DNA of 20,000 nt from Priapulus caudatus (taxonomy: Eukaryota). Positions 1 to 11,043 of this stretch are shown one piece after another; positions within the stretch are counted from its first letter, which is position 1; each line of letters begins with the position of its first letter. A program made the position numbers and the translations under genes. The notes beneath the pieces were generated by a model. The model was not told where the DNA came from, did not search any database, and was given only the letters and a program-made list of their open reading frames with translations. Where the stretch lies: assembly GCF_000485595.1 (NCBI RefSeq), contig NW_014577082.1, forward strand, positions 423,349 to 443,348, read 5' to 3'.

Positions 1-617
1 GGCCATCCTTAAAAAATTATGTTTGCTGTCCTCCGACCGACCCACGAAAATAGCCACAACCCAAAAGTTTTTTTTTACATTTTGGGTTCCATTTTTATTT
101 TTACATTCATAGTTAAAGTGATTACGTCACGAATTTTCTATGGAAAAATTTGTAAAATGTTTGTTGCCATTTTTTTACATTAAAAGTAAGAACTAACAGG
201 AGTAAACGTATCTTCAAATTCTTACCTGATAAGATTGTTTCTCAGCTAGTTAAAAATAAAAAAAACCTGGACGATTTGATATTAGTGTTAATAACATTAA
301 TTGCTTGCTATGGGCTATGTATGCATCACGAGTGTATGTTCACATCGAACAATATAGTAAAATAAGAAGTATAAATGCAGCAATTTAACCAAAAAAAGTG
401 AACAGAATTACTTATATTTTGTGAAAAAGTGGAAATATATTTTTTTTTTACTATTTATGGTGACGTAATCACTTTAAGACTGAAACACAAAGCATGTGTG
501 GCAAACATGAGGACAGACTTAAAATAACTATTATGCCTCACAAAAAAGACCTACCTACCTACCCACTAAAAAAATCATGGGTCGGGGGACAGCAAACAGA
601 ATTTTTTAAGGATGTCC
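1..617. mobile_element. Non-autonomous TIR element (MITE), PIF/Harbinger-like
   Basis: 5' end GGCCATCCTTAAAAAATTATGTTTGCTGTCCTCCGACC is the near-perfect reverse complement of 580-617 (GGTCGGGGGACAGCAAACAGAATTTTTTAAGGATGTCC), which is followed by TTA. The left TSD lies outside the window. Superfamily inferred from GG termini and TWA flank. Confidence 0.75.
117..473. mobile_element. Nested MITE with TTAA TSD, Kolobok-like
   Basis: TTAA(113-116)-AGTGATTACGTCAC ... GTGACGTAATCACT-TTAA(474-477): perfect 14-bp TIR. Purine-purine 5' terminus plus TTAA TSD is the Kolobok pattern. Confidence 0.75.
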
Positions 618-675
618 TTAACCCAATTATTTGCACGTAGGTATAGTGTGTCCATGCACTGCAAGTTATTGATTA

Positions 676-1919
676 GGCCAAAAAAAAAGCTGAAAAAATA
701 GTAGGGTTAATGGTAGGCTTTAACTTTTTTTTCGCCAAATCTTTTTTTTGTAATCGGTGTTAGAAAGGCCATTATTGGTCCTGTTTACACGTGCGATCGA
801 TCTCGCGTGACAGCGGCGGTATTTCACGTGCTTGCGCGAGTTGTCTCCCTATACGCGGTATAAACGCTATCGGGGCCATCAGCGTGGCGTATGGGTTGAT
901 CAACTTACTCAATTTCTATCGATTTTTCACAGTTTAAAATTTTATATTTTGAAAAATATGAGAAAGGCCAAACAAAAAAATCCGCTTTGGTTGGCGGGTC
1001 AGCATGGATTCCGTGAAAATTCGGGTCGGTGGTAGGTATATTTTTTTATTTTTTATTTTTTTTCTTGCAAAAACATGGGTAGGACTCAGGAATATAAATT
1101 TTTTTTTGCACCAAGTTAAATATAGGCGTATACAGGCTTGAAATGGGCAGGAGACACGAGATGCAATGACTTGCAGTTGCCATGTACATTGCTGCAAGTC
1201 ATGACATTCGTTTTTAACAAAGATGTGAACACCAGTCGTTTACTCGTGTACGTGTACTGGTATTGCGTGTCGTGTTACTGGATAGTAGTGTTAGGTAATG
1301 CGCTCCAAAACGGAGGCTCGATTAATCGTCCTTTGACAAACGAGTACCGAAGTGTAAAATCGGCTCCTGGGCGGCAGCGTATAGCACGATAGCATGCGTA
1401 TAACTATCATAAGTAACGGCGATCGATCGCGTAGCATCAAGCCGGCCGCTGCTCCCATACCGACCTTCAGGCTCTGTTTATGAGTTACCGCCCAGGCTCT
1501 AATACGCTACTGTTTCACGTTGTCGGATTCTAGGAAACATAGGTAGGACTGTTTCACGTTCGGGCGCCAACCAGAAGTTCTGTTTATAAATTTTGAAACT
1601 CTCCTCTTTTAGGTAAAGTAAAATGACAAGTCAGTTCGGATATTTGAATATGTAATGATGCGCACGGCGGTATCTTTGAATTTTATTTTTTCTTGAAACC
1701 CTCTAAAAGTGACGCTTGCAGTCGCAACGGCATTTTAATGCACTCCCCCGAATATGTTGAAGTCGGGGTCGGGTGTACCCCGAACGCAAAGTATTTATTT
1801 AGGATCGGCGCTAAAAAAAGTAAAAATGTAAAAAGGGTCAGAGAACCGTGTGTGATAATATTAACCTCACAATGCTCAGGGTCGGGAAAGCCGGAAACAC
1901 AGTTTTTTTTTTTTGGGCC
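676..1919. mobile_element. Non-autonomous Harbinger/ISL2EU-like TIR element
   Basis: TTA-GGCCAAAAAAAAA ... TTTTTTTTTTTTGGGCC-TTA; 3-bp TTA on both sides; no recognisable transposase ORF inside. Confidence 0.55.
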
Positions 1920-2803
1920 TTAATCAATTCAATGATGTATAAGCTCAACTGATTCTCATCTGATCATGCATGGGGATGATATCATTATCAGTCGCCGTAG
2001 TTAGGGGGGGCCAAATCCGGGGCAATGGCCCCCCCGACTGTTGATCCGAAAGTAATGAAATAAACAAGTGCGCAGAGCGACAGCGGCTCAACTGATTGTG
2101 TACGATGTAGACAGGTATTCTCTGATAAACTCAGCTAGCAACTGAATCCAGTTGCCGCCTCCCGCCACCGCGTTGATGAGGCTTGCTATACGCTGTAGTA
2201 CATGTAATAAAGATATAGCTGTGTACTTTAATGACTTCGCTATATTAACGTTTATCATGGCATATATTGCGGTCGAGCGGGGGCCGAGCTATAGTGGTGG
2301 TGGTAGGGGGAGGGTGGGGGGAGGGCGGGTGGAGGGGCTCTAATAGCACAGGCAGTTTCGTCGCCTTTGTAAGCAGTCACCCAAGATCCATGTTAACGCC
2401 TCCCATTGTGGGTCAAAAGTGTTAATCAGACACTTTGCTCTTCGGCACTCAGTGCGAAAGTAGATTTCACGGTCCTTTCAATAAAAGTTGATAAAAACTG
2501 GTAGGTCGCGCTGATAACAAAAAAGTTTTGGAAAGCTCGGTGCCGTTACGCCCATGTCCTCACGAAAATGTCTGATATCTGCCGCTTTCCCGCCACTGCC
2601 GGTAAGTGCTCCTTTGACCTGTGACGCTCCAATGTTCGCGCTGTTGATGGGTTTTCCTGCCCCATCACACTATACATTGAATATTTAAGCAGCGTAGGTA
2701 GAGGCCGTTGAAGAATTGTGCCAGCAATTCGTATTTCCTCCTATTAGCCTTAACGTTAGGAAATATTCCCTGCCTATTGACACATGCTTGACGCTTTGTA
2801 GCT

Positions 2804-3008
2804 ATTGAACGCCCAAATTATACATGGCCCGAGTCCTTTTCGTGATCTCCCCCCCGCCCGACGTCCCGAATATCAAGATCGTACTCGCGCGTTTAGATTA
2901 TGTGGGCGTAACTGTTGATCACTACGGACGACGGACATTCATGTGAATTCTAGCAGCTGCATGCTGACTTCGTGCATGACGAAAATGACCATAGGTCTGC
3001 AATCTCGC
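2804..3008 (+). repeat. ~200-bp direct repeat, copy 1 (indel-rich)
   Basis: Aligns by eye to 5497-5693 (e.g. CCCGAATATCAAGATCGTAC, ACGGACATTCATGTGA, ATGACGAAAATGAC) with many extra single bases. Confidence 0.8.
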
Positions 3009-5478
3009 TGTCGGCGTTTCCGTGCTTTCCGGCGACTGACCTCGATGGGGCCACACGTCGCGGTCGACACAAAATGGCTTAGCAACATCAACGGCCTAGG
3101 ATAGGCACTTACCGTTTGTGCTCTGTAACGTTGTCCGGCCGTGATGCGTCGGCCCCGGACCTCGGCTAGGGCGCACCCGAGCCTTTCGAAGCTACTGGCG
3201 CCCCCGCAAGTAACCTAATTCTGCCGTGTTCCGTATCGGTGCGTCGCTAGAGTTAGTCACCATGGGCGAGACCGAGGGGCGAACACACCTCCAGACACCG
3301 ACACCGGCGGTTAAGCCCACTCGCTGCCTGCCGGCCTTATATACGGTTACGTTGAATAACAGTGCAACACCACGGGTCCAGCACAGAGGTGTAACGAAGT
3401 AGAATAACGCTGAAGCGAACGGCAGCGCGGGCATAGGCTACAGTAAGCGGCGCGCTCTCCCTTCCGTGCAGGCCGTGGCACGAGAGTTAATACTGATTTC
3501 ATAACCCGTACTCTAGTCTAGGAATATTAAACCAAACCTGTTACAAATATTCGCTAACTAATAGTAGCTGTATTGATTCAGCTCACCTACACGCAACGGG
3601 AGCAAATACGACAGTGCCTACCTCACCAATCAACGTACGCGCCTAGGCTTGTCTTCTCACACGCCCATGAGTGCAAGGCAGCACGCCAAAACGCGCGGCC
3701 AGGTGACTGCGGTACAGTACGCTCAGCCACTAAGTAGCTAGTAGTAGTATGGTACGTCGTCACGCTACTTGTCACCGCCAATCACACCGCCACAGCACAC
3801 ACAGCTGCACAGGCCAACTCTACAGCATGCATACGCAACGAGTAGACGTGGCACTACTCCGAGGTCGCTTCCTACTGGCGGGCTTAAGTGACCGCACCTC
3901 GCAAGGACACCTAGCTCGCCCTCCCTGCACGCGATTCCGCGTAGAACTCATACCGTGCTCTCTCGATCCGAACGTCACTGGCGCTAGCTGTTTATCACAG
4001 GCGCGCCGCCACTCAGCGCCGCTGGAGCGGGTGGTTACGCCACATGGCTGCCCCCATGCAGTGGGACTCCGGACCGTTTGTCTACCATCGTGTATTGATG
4101 AGGGCCGGCAAAACGAACAGAAAACGCACACTAATTAAACCAGCAGAGCATCACCAGATAATTATACAGATTACCAAAACTGATCACTCCACACTCTGGT
4201 CTCCAAGGGAGCCACCCTGTAGGAATGCGCCGGTCAGGGTCGCGTGCCACGCGCTAACACTCCTCCCCCTTGCAAGAATCGACCGTCAGGTCGATGCCGC
4301 AAAACGATACCTAGCGTGCACCGGCACCGCGGCTACGACGCGGACCGGTGTGGGTTGTGAGACCTACTTGGCATGCTCGTGCCCGGGCGATCCTCGCATT
4401 CATCGGAATTCGGATTCGAAATCGATCTCGGGAATTCGCCGTTGTTCTCGTGTAGTTTCGCGGGTTGGAGCGAAGCGGATAGGATCGAAGGTTAGAGAGT
4501 AGGCTAGAGAAAGACAGAGAATTCGAGAGTTGGAGGCGAGAGAGAGAAATACAGAGAGTTGGGAGAGGTAGAGAGAGAGAGTAAGCCCGCACCGCGTTTC
4601 TGGGCCTCTGAGGCGGCCGTTTCGTGAGTAAGCCCGCGTTTTTTGTTCCTGTCGTTGTAGGGTGCGGTGAATAATACAAGTACTAGGCCTTAAGTAAACG
4701 TGTCGAGTTGCACGAAAAAGCGAGGAGTAGTCTATTTCGTGGGCGGCAGCTGCACGGGAGGGCAGCGCCGATACTTTTACTGTACTGTGCCCTTTTGCAC
4801 CGCTGTGGTTCATATCTATACTGTGTGTCTAAGCCTTCTGTGTTTACCGTATAATAACACTTGTTATACATCGTAAGCGAGTCCTAAGTGGCGGGGTGGG
4901 AGTTTTGCCCTGGCGGTGTGGGCATACGTTCGTTAGCTCGTTCCTGCACTGTTGTATCTAAGCTACGACGCCCCCATCACCGCGCACTGCAGCACCGCGA
5001 CAGAACAGGTTATTGTGGGCGGAGGCTGTAGGCTTTCAAAGCGGCTCGAGTGGCTAGGCGAAGGCCGGTGGGCCGGACGATCCACGGCCTAATACAGACG
5101 TCTGCCGGACACAACTGGTGAGATAATATACATAAGGTTGTGTCTAGCCATGTGTTTGGCGACCGTGGCGCCATCGGGTGTCGCCGGAAGGCACGAAACG
5201 CTACGTGGCAATCGAATCGANNNNNNNNNNNNNNNNNNNNNNNNNTTGACTAACTACGACGCATCAGGACCTGAGCACGACAGAACAGGTTATTGCGGGA
5301 GCGCAGTAGCTTCTAAAGCGCTCGGGTGGCTAGCGAGGTCCGGGAAGAGACGGTCACGGCCAATACAACGTCTCCGGACACAACTGGTGAGTAATATACA
5401 TAAGGTTGTGTGCTAGCCATTGTGTGTCGACCGGTGGCGCCATCGAGTGTCGCCGGAAAGCACGAAAACGCTACACTG
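3009..5478. repeat. Long degenerate inverted repeat (foldback-like), arms ~3009-3700 and ~4590-5205/5478
   Basis: GCGTTTCCGTGCTTTCCGGCGAC (~3016) vs GTCGCCGGAAAGCACGAAAACGC (~5449). Noisy complementarity continues inward, e.g. CTGTATTGATTCA (~3568) vs TGAATAATACAAG (~4668). Confidence 0.55.
5221..5245. other. Assembly gap (25 N) with duplicated flanks
   Basis: 25 N. Sequence ~4952-5220 is repeated at 5246-5491 with many indels. Confidence 0.95.
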
Positions 5479-5496
5479 GCAATCGAATCGAATTCC

Positions 5497-5693
5497 ATTG
5501 AACCCCAAATTATACATCCCGAGTCCTTTTCGTGATCCCCCCCCCCCCCGATGTCCCGAATATCAAGATCGTACGTTATTGAGATTAAGATTTGTGGCGT
5601 AACTGTTGACACACGGACGGACGGACATTCATGTGATTCTACAAGCTGCATCTGACTTCGTCATGACGAAAATGACATAGGTCTCAATCTCGC
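5497..5693 (+). repeat. ~200-bp direct repeat, copy 2; possible HINE/Helitron-like fragment
   Basis: Cleaner copy of 2804-3008. Contains an (ACGG)3 microsatellite and the palindrome TTCGTCATGACGAA near its 3' end. Confidence 0.7.
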
Positions 5694-5752
5694 CATGCTC
5701 TCTATCCTTGAACCCATGGCATTGTTTACACCGGCAGCGTTGAACGTGTTAA

Positions 5753-5808
5753 TGATGATTGATTATTGAGTTGTTGATGATTGTTTATTGAGTTGTTGAT
5801 GATTGTTT
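5753..5808 (+). repeat. 22-bp tandem repeat, ~2.5 copies
   Basis: Unit TGATGATTG(A/T)TTATTGAGTTGT. Confidence 0.85.
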
Positions 5809-5846
5809 TGTGACAGTTGAGTGTGTGTTACTGTTACAACTCGCGG

Positions 5847-6106
5847 CTAGGGCCTGCATACCTCCCAACGTCCCATTGGTTGATACAAATCTAGTTAATT
5901 TTTTAAATTAAATTGTAATTAGTGTTAGGGTTAGGGTTAGTATTAGGGTTAGGGTTAGGATTAGGGTTAGGGTTAGGGTTAGGATTAGGGTTAGGATTAG
6001 GGTTAGGGTTAGGGTCACAATGCACCATAAAAGTTTTATTAAAACATGAGTTTCAGGCACGTGATTTGTATCAACCAATGGGATTTGGGAGGTATGCAGG
6101 CCCTAG
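5847..6106. mobile_element. MITE with ~45-bp TIRs enclosing a telomere-like array
   Basis: CTAGGGCCTGCATACCTCCCAA..TCCCATTGGTTGATACAAATC vs GATTTGTATCAACCAATGGGATTTGGGAGGTATGCAGGCCCTAG. TA or CTAG could be the TSD. Confidence 0.8.
5925..6014 (+). repeat. Interstitial telomere-like (TTAGGG)n tract, 15 units with TTAGGA/TTAGTA variants
   Basis: Directly visible. Confidence 0.95.
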
Positions 6107-6709
6107 GCCTAGCTGCGAGTGCGAGTAATGTTACACAGTACACCGTTACTCGGTTAGAAATCAGATCCTTTTTAACTATGCATGTTATTTCATGTTGGTC
6201 ATACTCCACTCTACATTATTTAATGATATAACTCACTGATACCGCCATCGTAGGGAAACTTTCAATCCTTCGTTGCTTTGCAAGCGGCTGAAGATTTTGA
6301 CGAAATACACGTGTTGTTTCCTACCGTAGCAGCTTTTGTATGAGTTTACATCACAAACTTATCCAAACTATCAATAATAAATATTCCCATGTTTAAGGAA
6401 TTATTTTTTGACTCTGAAATAATTATATCTAGTTTACTACTAATTAACTAATCAAATTTTAAGTAGTTTTGCATTTATGCAAACGGTTTCTCTGTAGTTT
6501 AACGGTAGGTTTCCAATATGTCAGCCTTCATGTCTACTTAGAATTGTACATGCCAATGCTACTGTTACATAGTGTGTTTAAATACGCTACTTCCTCTTAC
6601 ATTATTTTTATTTTACCTGGTATAGAGCTTCCAGCTTAACGTGTAAGTAATTAGATGTGCAAAATACATGAGTTTGAGTATAACAATGTAGATTGTAGGT
6701 TTATAAGTC

Positions 6710-7319
6710 GGACGTGGATATTCGGGCTCAAGGATAGAGAACATCCTCCTCCTCCTCTCTATCCTTGAACCGATATTCGTCCGAGCATCGGGCACCTCAG
6801 TCACCTGTTCGTATGCGCTATGTGTCCGAGCAGTTGTTGCGCATGCGCTGTTCATGTTGTATTACATAAATGTAATATAATGCTAGTCTAGGGAGGAGCC
6901 TACTCCCTAACCCTAATCCTAACCACAGCCCTAACCCTAACACTAACTATAAACCGACTAGGTTCTCTTATTATGCGCTCGGTTTCGTATATATGGCCTA
7001 GGCTAGTGATAGTACCAAACACTATCTATGGTGTATAACCACATACGCAACGCATGTATGCAGGGGTGTCACAGCTGTAGGGCTGCCGTAGCAAAACGCT
7101 ACGGGCCCCCAGCCTAAACAGCAAAAAATCATAAATCTAAAGGGTAAATAGCATTTTAGAGCGTCTAGATTTAAAAATGACCCCCCTTCACACTTCCTAT
7201 TTTTGGCACTAGAGGCCGTGAGCCTGCGGCATGCTACATGAACAGCGCATGCGCAACAACTGCTCGGACGAATAGCGCATACGAACAGGTGGCCGATGCT
7301 CGGACGAATATCCACGTCG
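6710..7319. mobile_element. Mutator-like MITE with 9-bp TSD
   Basis: TSD TTATAAGTC at 6701-6709 and 7320-7328. ~85-bp TIRs (GACGTGGATATTCGTCCGAGCATCGG...GCGCATGCGCTGTTCATGT and its reverse complement at ~7236-7318). Internal CCCTAA-like tract at 6905-6947. Confidence 0.85.
6725..6771. mobile_element. 47-bp TIR micro-element with 8-bp TSD, inserted in the left TIR of the Mutator-like MITE
   Basis: GATATTCG (6717-6724) and GATATTCG (6772-6779) flank GGCTCAAGGATAGAGA-15 nt-TCTCTATCCTTGAACC. The host right TIR has a single uninterrupted copy of the target. Confidence 0.8.
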
Positions 7320-7394
7320 TTATAAGTCACAATTTCATAATTAACCGATTCATATTGACATTTTTTGTCATTGATATTATCAAGAGCCTATTAA

Positions 7395-9312
7395 CCCCAG
7401 AGCGTACAACGCTGAAATAGGAAAACCATGGTGTCGTTCAAAGTTTACCTACCTTATTTTGATACTTCTCTACCGGAATATTATGCAGGAGTCATAGCTA
7501 GCCAATATAAGATCAACCGCTTGTCTCTACGATGTTCCTATGCCGAGATATAAAGCGATAAAAATTGAGTACTTCTAGGTAATCCTAGCGCCATATCACC
7601 CAGTAACACGCCTCTTCTGCGTTTAGTGACTGCTAATGTTGCTTCCGGTCGCCGCTTGGAGCGCTGACTCGTTACGTCATTACTACAGAGTTTACTACAG
7701 CTAGCGTAAGAGTCGGGTCACCGTGGTGATGACTCGCCCCTTACGCTAGCTGTAGTGTGGAGATTTCGGGGGTGTGTAACTCACAAGAGCAGTAGACTAG
7801 ATCAGGATGGATAGATTGAACTCGCAGTATAGATAGAATAACCAGGTATACTAGACTAAGGACAGGATAAAATATAGAGGCACATAAATATATCAACACC
7901 CCTGGGCGCAGCCATCTTGGATCATACATACGGATGGGGTCTAGGGAAAACAAGGAATGTAAACAAGAACGCAATATATATAGTATAATAATCAATGCGG
8001 TTAGGTACCATTAATCAACATAATATATGAGGAGATTTGAATAGAATGAATAGTCTAAGTTGTCGAAGAGAGGAATATTTACTTAGAAACGAGTTGCATA
8101 AGATGATGCAATCATCGTGCCAGCCATGGGTTGCGTCAACAGGTGAAAGCGATTGCACCAGCAAACGAAATCTACGTGCCAGCTAGGTATATAAGGCGCA
8201 CGGAACCGAGCAGCGGGAGCGTTATTTTTCAGGTTAGGTTTAGGTAGCAAGAAGAAGAGAAAGAAGGAGAAGAAGAGAGCGTTATTTTTCAGGTCTAGGT
8301 AGGAAGAAGAAGAAGAAGAAGAGAAAGAGGGAGAAAGCATTTTAGGTCTCGAGGAGAGAGATAACGGAGGGACGAGAAGCACGGGTTTTCAGGAAGGAAA
8401 GAAGACTACAGGGAAAATGAGGGCTCAGCCGGGATCTTTCACTACAGGTGGAGAAGAACGGGATTTCAGTTAGGTAGAGCCAGGAGCGACTACGAGGGAG
8501 ACACCCGTGGAGGCTGCCTAGGTCTACGCGAAGCGAGGACGAACGTGAGAGGGGAAGACGAAACCGGCGACGCGTTAATTCATCAATATTAGTCTAGTGG
8601 TTATAGGATCCGCTGAATATACGAATGCAGGGGAATTATTTGTAAACTAGTAGGAAGCAATAAAACTATAACCGTACAGTAAATCGAATCTAACTGCGTT
8701 CTGTTCCACTGGTACTACCTGTTATTTGCTACGTGGCATCACCGTCCTGCCTAATATAACGGCAGGAGCGAACACTGAATCCAAACAACTAGGACACGCG
8801 TTAACTATATAACGCCTGTCGTACCGTAGTTGGCTACCCCTAGGGCCACTACAGTAGTAAACGTTGTAGTTTGAGTCATGGCTGCAACTGGAAATGTGAG
8901 AAGAGATAGTAGAAGGAAAAGGAATGTTAAATCAGCTACACTATCGCAGGAGCAAGTAAATTATATTACAACGCGTTTAAGACAAGAGAAGCAGGATCAC
9001 AGTGACGAGTCATTTATCAATGAACGACGAAAACATACGAGCTTTGTCGAAGCAACATTAGCAGTCACTAAACGCGGGAGAGGCGTGTTACTGGGTGATA
9101 TGGCGCTAGGATTACCTAGAAGTACTCGATTTTTATCGCTTTATATCTCGGCATAGGAACATCGTAGAGACAAGCGGTTGATTTTATATTGGCTAGCTAT
9201 GACTTCTGCATAATATTCCGGTAGAAAAGTATCAAAATAAGGTAGGTAAACTTTATTCATTTTGCTGAAACGACACCATGGTTTTCCTATTTCAGCGTTG
9301 TACGCTCTGAGG
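7395..9312. mobile_element. piggyBac-like non-autonomous element with ~250-bp TIRs
   Basis: TTAA-CCCCAGAGCGTAC ... GTACGCTCTGAGG-TTAA. Arms 7395-7645 and ~9049-9312 are highly similar reverse complements. Confidence 0.8.
7756..8853 (+). mobile_element. Solo LTR (Gypsy-like), ~1.1 kb
   Basis: TGTGG...CTACA termini; 4-bp TSD GTAG (7752-7755, 8854-8857); TATATAA at ~8188; purine-rich stretch; AATAAA at ~8659. Removing it restores the host palindrome arm GCTAGCTGTAGTAAAC. Confidence 0.75.
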
Positions 9313-9466
9313 TTAATGTGCTCTTGATATTATTGATATGTATATATACTCACTGTAATCACAATTTCAATGGTTAAATCCTTAAATTGAAACTTTTGTC
9401 GGCTGTAATCCATAATGTTGAACTTGATTATCTAATTAATTTAATCAATCGTAACTATCGCTGATA

Positions 9467-9952
9467 GGGTCTATGTCCCCCAGGGTACTATCGGAGGTAG
9501 CGGCAACTGTACTCGGGCTATAGTACTAGAGCTATATCGGAGGGTACCCTGGGTACGGTTCGATATATCGGAAAGTACCTCGGGGGGTACTATACGATAT
9601 GTCGCTGCGTACCCTGCATTGTCCCACCATACCCTGACTTTATATGGACGTATTTCCGATGTTGTAAAACTAAAATATAAAAGCTAGCTCTTCGTTTAAA
9701 AAAAAGGAAAAAGAAAAATATAGTCAAACATAGCATACATTTTTATTGGATTGCGATGTTTTGAGGTTTCTTCTATGTGATGTGGTAACTTGACAGAGTG
9801 TATGTATTACGACATCAGTAGGCTGAAAGTCAGGGTACGGTGGGACAATGCAGGGTACGCAGCGACATATCGTATAGTACCCCGAGGTACTTTCCGATAT
9901 ATCGAACCATACCCAGGTTACCCTCCGATAGTACCCTGGGGGACATAGACCC
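9467..9952. mobile_element. MITE with TA flanks and ~125-bp TIRs
   Basis: TA-GGGTCTATGTCCCCCAGGGTACTATCGGAGG ... CCTCCGATAGTACCCTGGGGGACATAGACCC-TA. Arms 9467-9641 (with a ~50-bp extra segment) and 9826-9952. Confidence 0.85.
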
Positions 9953-9957
9953 TATGA

Positions 9958-10052
9958 CAGGGTGTTCATTATCTTTTATAGTAACAGGCCGAAATGCTTT
10001 TGCAACAGGCCGTGGGGGAGTGCGGGCGGGGGGTTTGGGGGTACCCTAGATG
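9958..10052 (+). repeat. 95-bp direct repeat, copy 1; hAT-like MITE left end
   Basis: Identical to 11044-11138 except one base. Begins CAGGG, a typical hAT terminus. Confidence 0.8.
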
Positions 10053-11043
10053 AACATTAACTATGCAATTGTTCAGGGACGGCCGGCGATGGGCCCAGAA
10101 GACATTAGCTGCATACTTAAGAGTAGACATAAATTAACGTGGACAGAAGGCATTTCAAAATGGTACAAACACATTAACTTCAACAAGAATGCGGCTGAGT
10201 TTATCAAACAGCCATCATTAAGGGGGTACCATCGGATGGTAGTCGCGACCGGTCGTTGTACCCACGACCTGCGACACAAACAAGCAAACAGGTCAGACGA
10301 CGATGCGGACGGATAAAAGACAGGGGTTTTGGGGACAACGGGAGACGTTGGCTACATCTGACTGGTATGTGTACACTGTTGCTAACCGTGTTTATAATAA
10401 AACTATAATTGTCACCGTTTATACAACTGTTACGTTCTACTGTCTACGAACCACAAGTTCCACTCTACAAAAACAAGATAGATATTGATGAAATAGGCCT
10501 AGAACTGTTTTAAACATTTCTCTGGTTACTTTCTTACATTATAGATAGCTTGGAACAGTACATGCACCAGATGTATTAGTATTAGGCAGTGCCTAGTATT
10601 CACAATCGAAATTGAGTGCAGCAGTTTCAATTCCCATCGCTAACTACCAAGTGTACATGATCGTGGGTACAGATTGATAAACCCTGGCCAATTAGACACA
10701 ACAACAGCAGCAAGCAACTACCAGTGAACAGTGTGCTGACACAACTCGCTCAACCGCATACCTTGATTCGGCATGAAGGGTTGCTGTTGAGGGAATCCCT
10801 GACCCCACTGGCCTCCAAACTGTTGCTGGCCCCATTGTCCTTGGGGCATGAAGCCTACATAGTAAGGCAGTTGTTAGCATATTAAGTAGATTGCTTGTGT
10901 TACACTTAAATCAGCGCAGAGAGATTGTGTTCATCTTGCAGTCACTGCCGTGCTACCACTCGCTGCACTACGATAAAACGTTGTTCGGTTTAAATTCAAA
11001 GTCGTGGAACTTGACATACACAAAAGCTCATCTTACATTCGCT

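Noticed and set aside
1989..2035. hAT-like left end (CAGTCGCCGTAG...GGGGGGGCC...GGCCCCCCC)
   Set aside because: No matching right end or TSD found, so not called as a feature.
4400..4700. GA-rich LTR-like stretch
   Set aside because: No TG...CA boundaries with a TSD could be defined.
3192..5651. Cluster of 80-150 aa ORFs
   Set aside because: No recognisable motifs; the region is GC-rich, repetitive and probably error-rich.
5753..5808. CRISPR-like array
   Set aside because: Head-to-tail repeats with no spacers, eukaryotic context, no cas genes.
5925..6014. True telomere or chromosome fusion site
   Set aside because: Short, single orientation, and enclosed by TIRs of a MITE.
5922..6128. (LG)n ORF
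   Set aside because: Translation of the TTAGGG array.
8878..9156. 92-aa ORF in the piggyBac-like element
   Set aside because: Runs into the TIR; no transposase DDD motifs recognisable.
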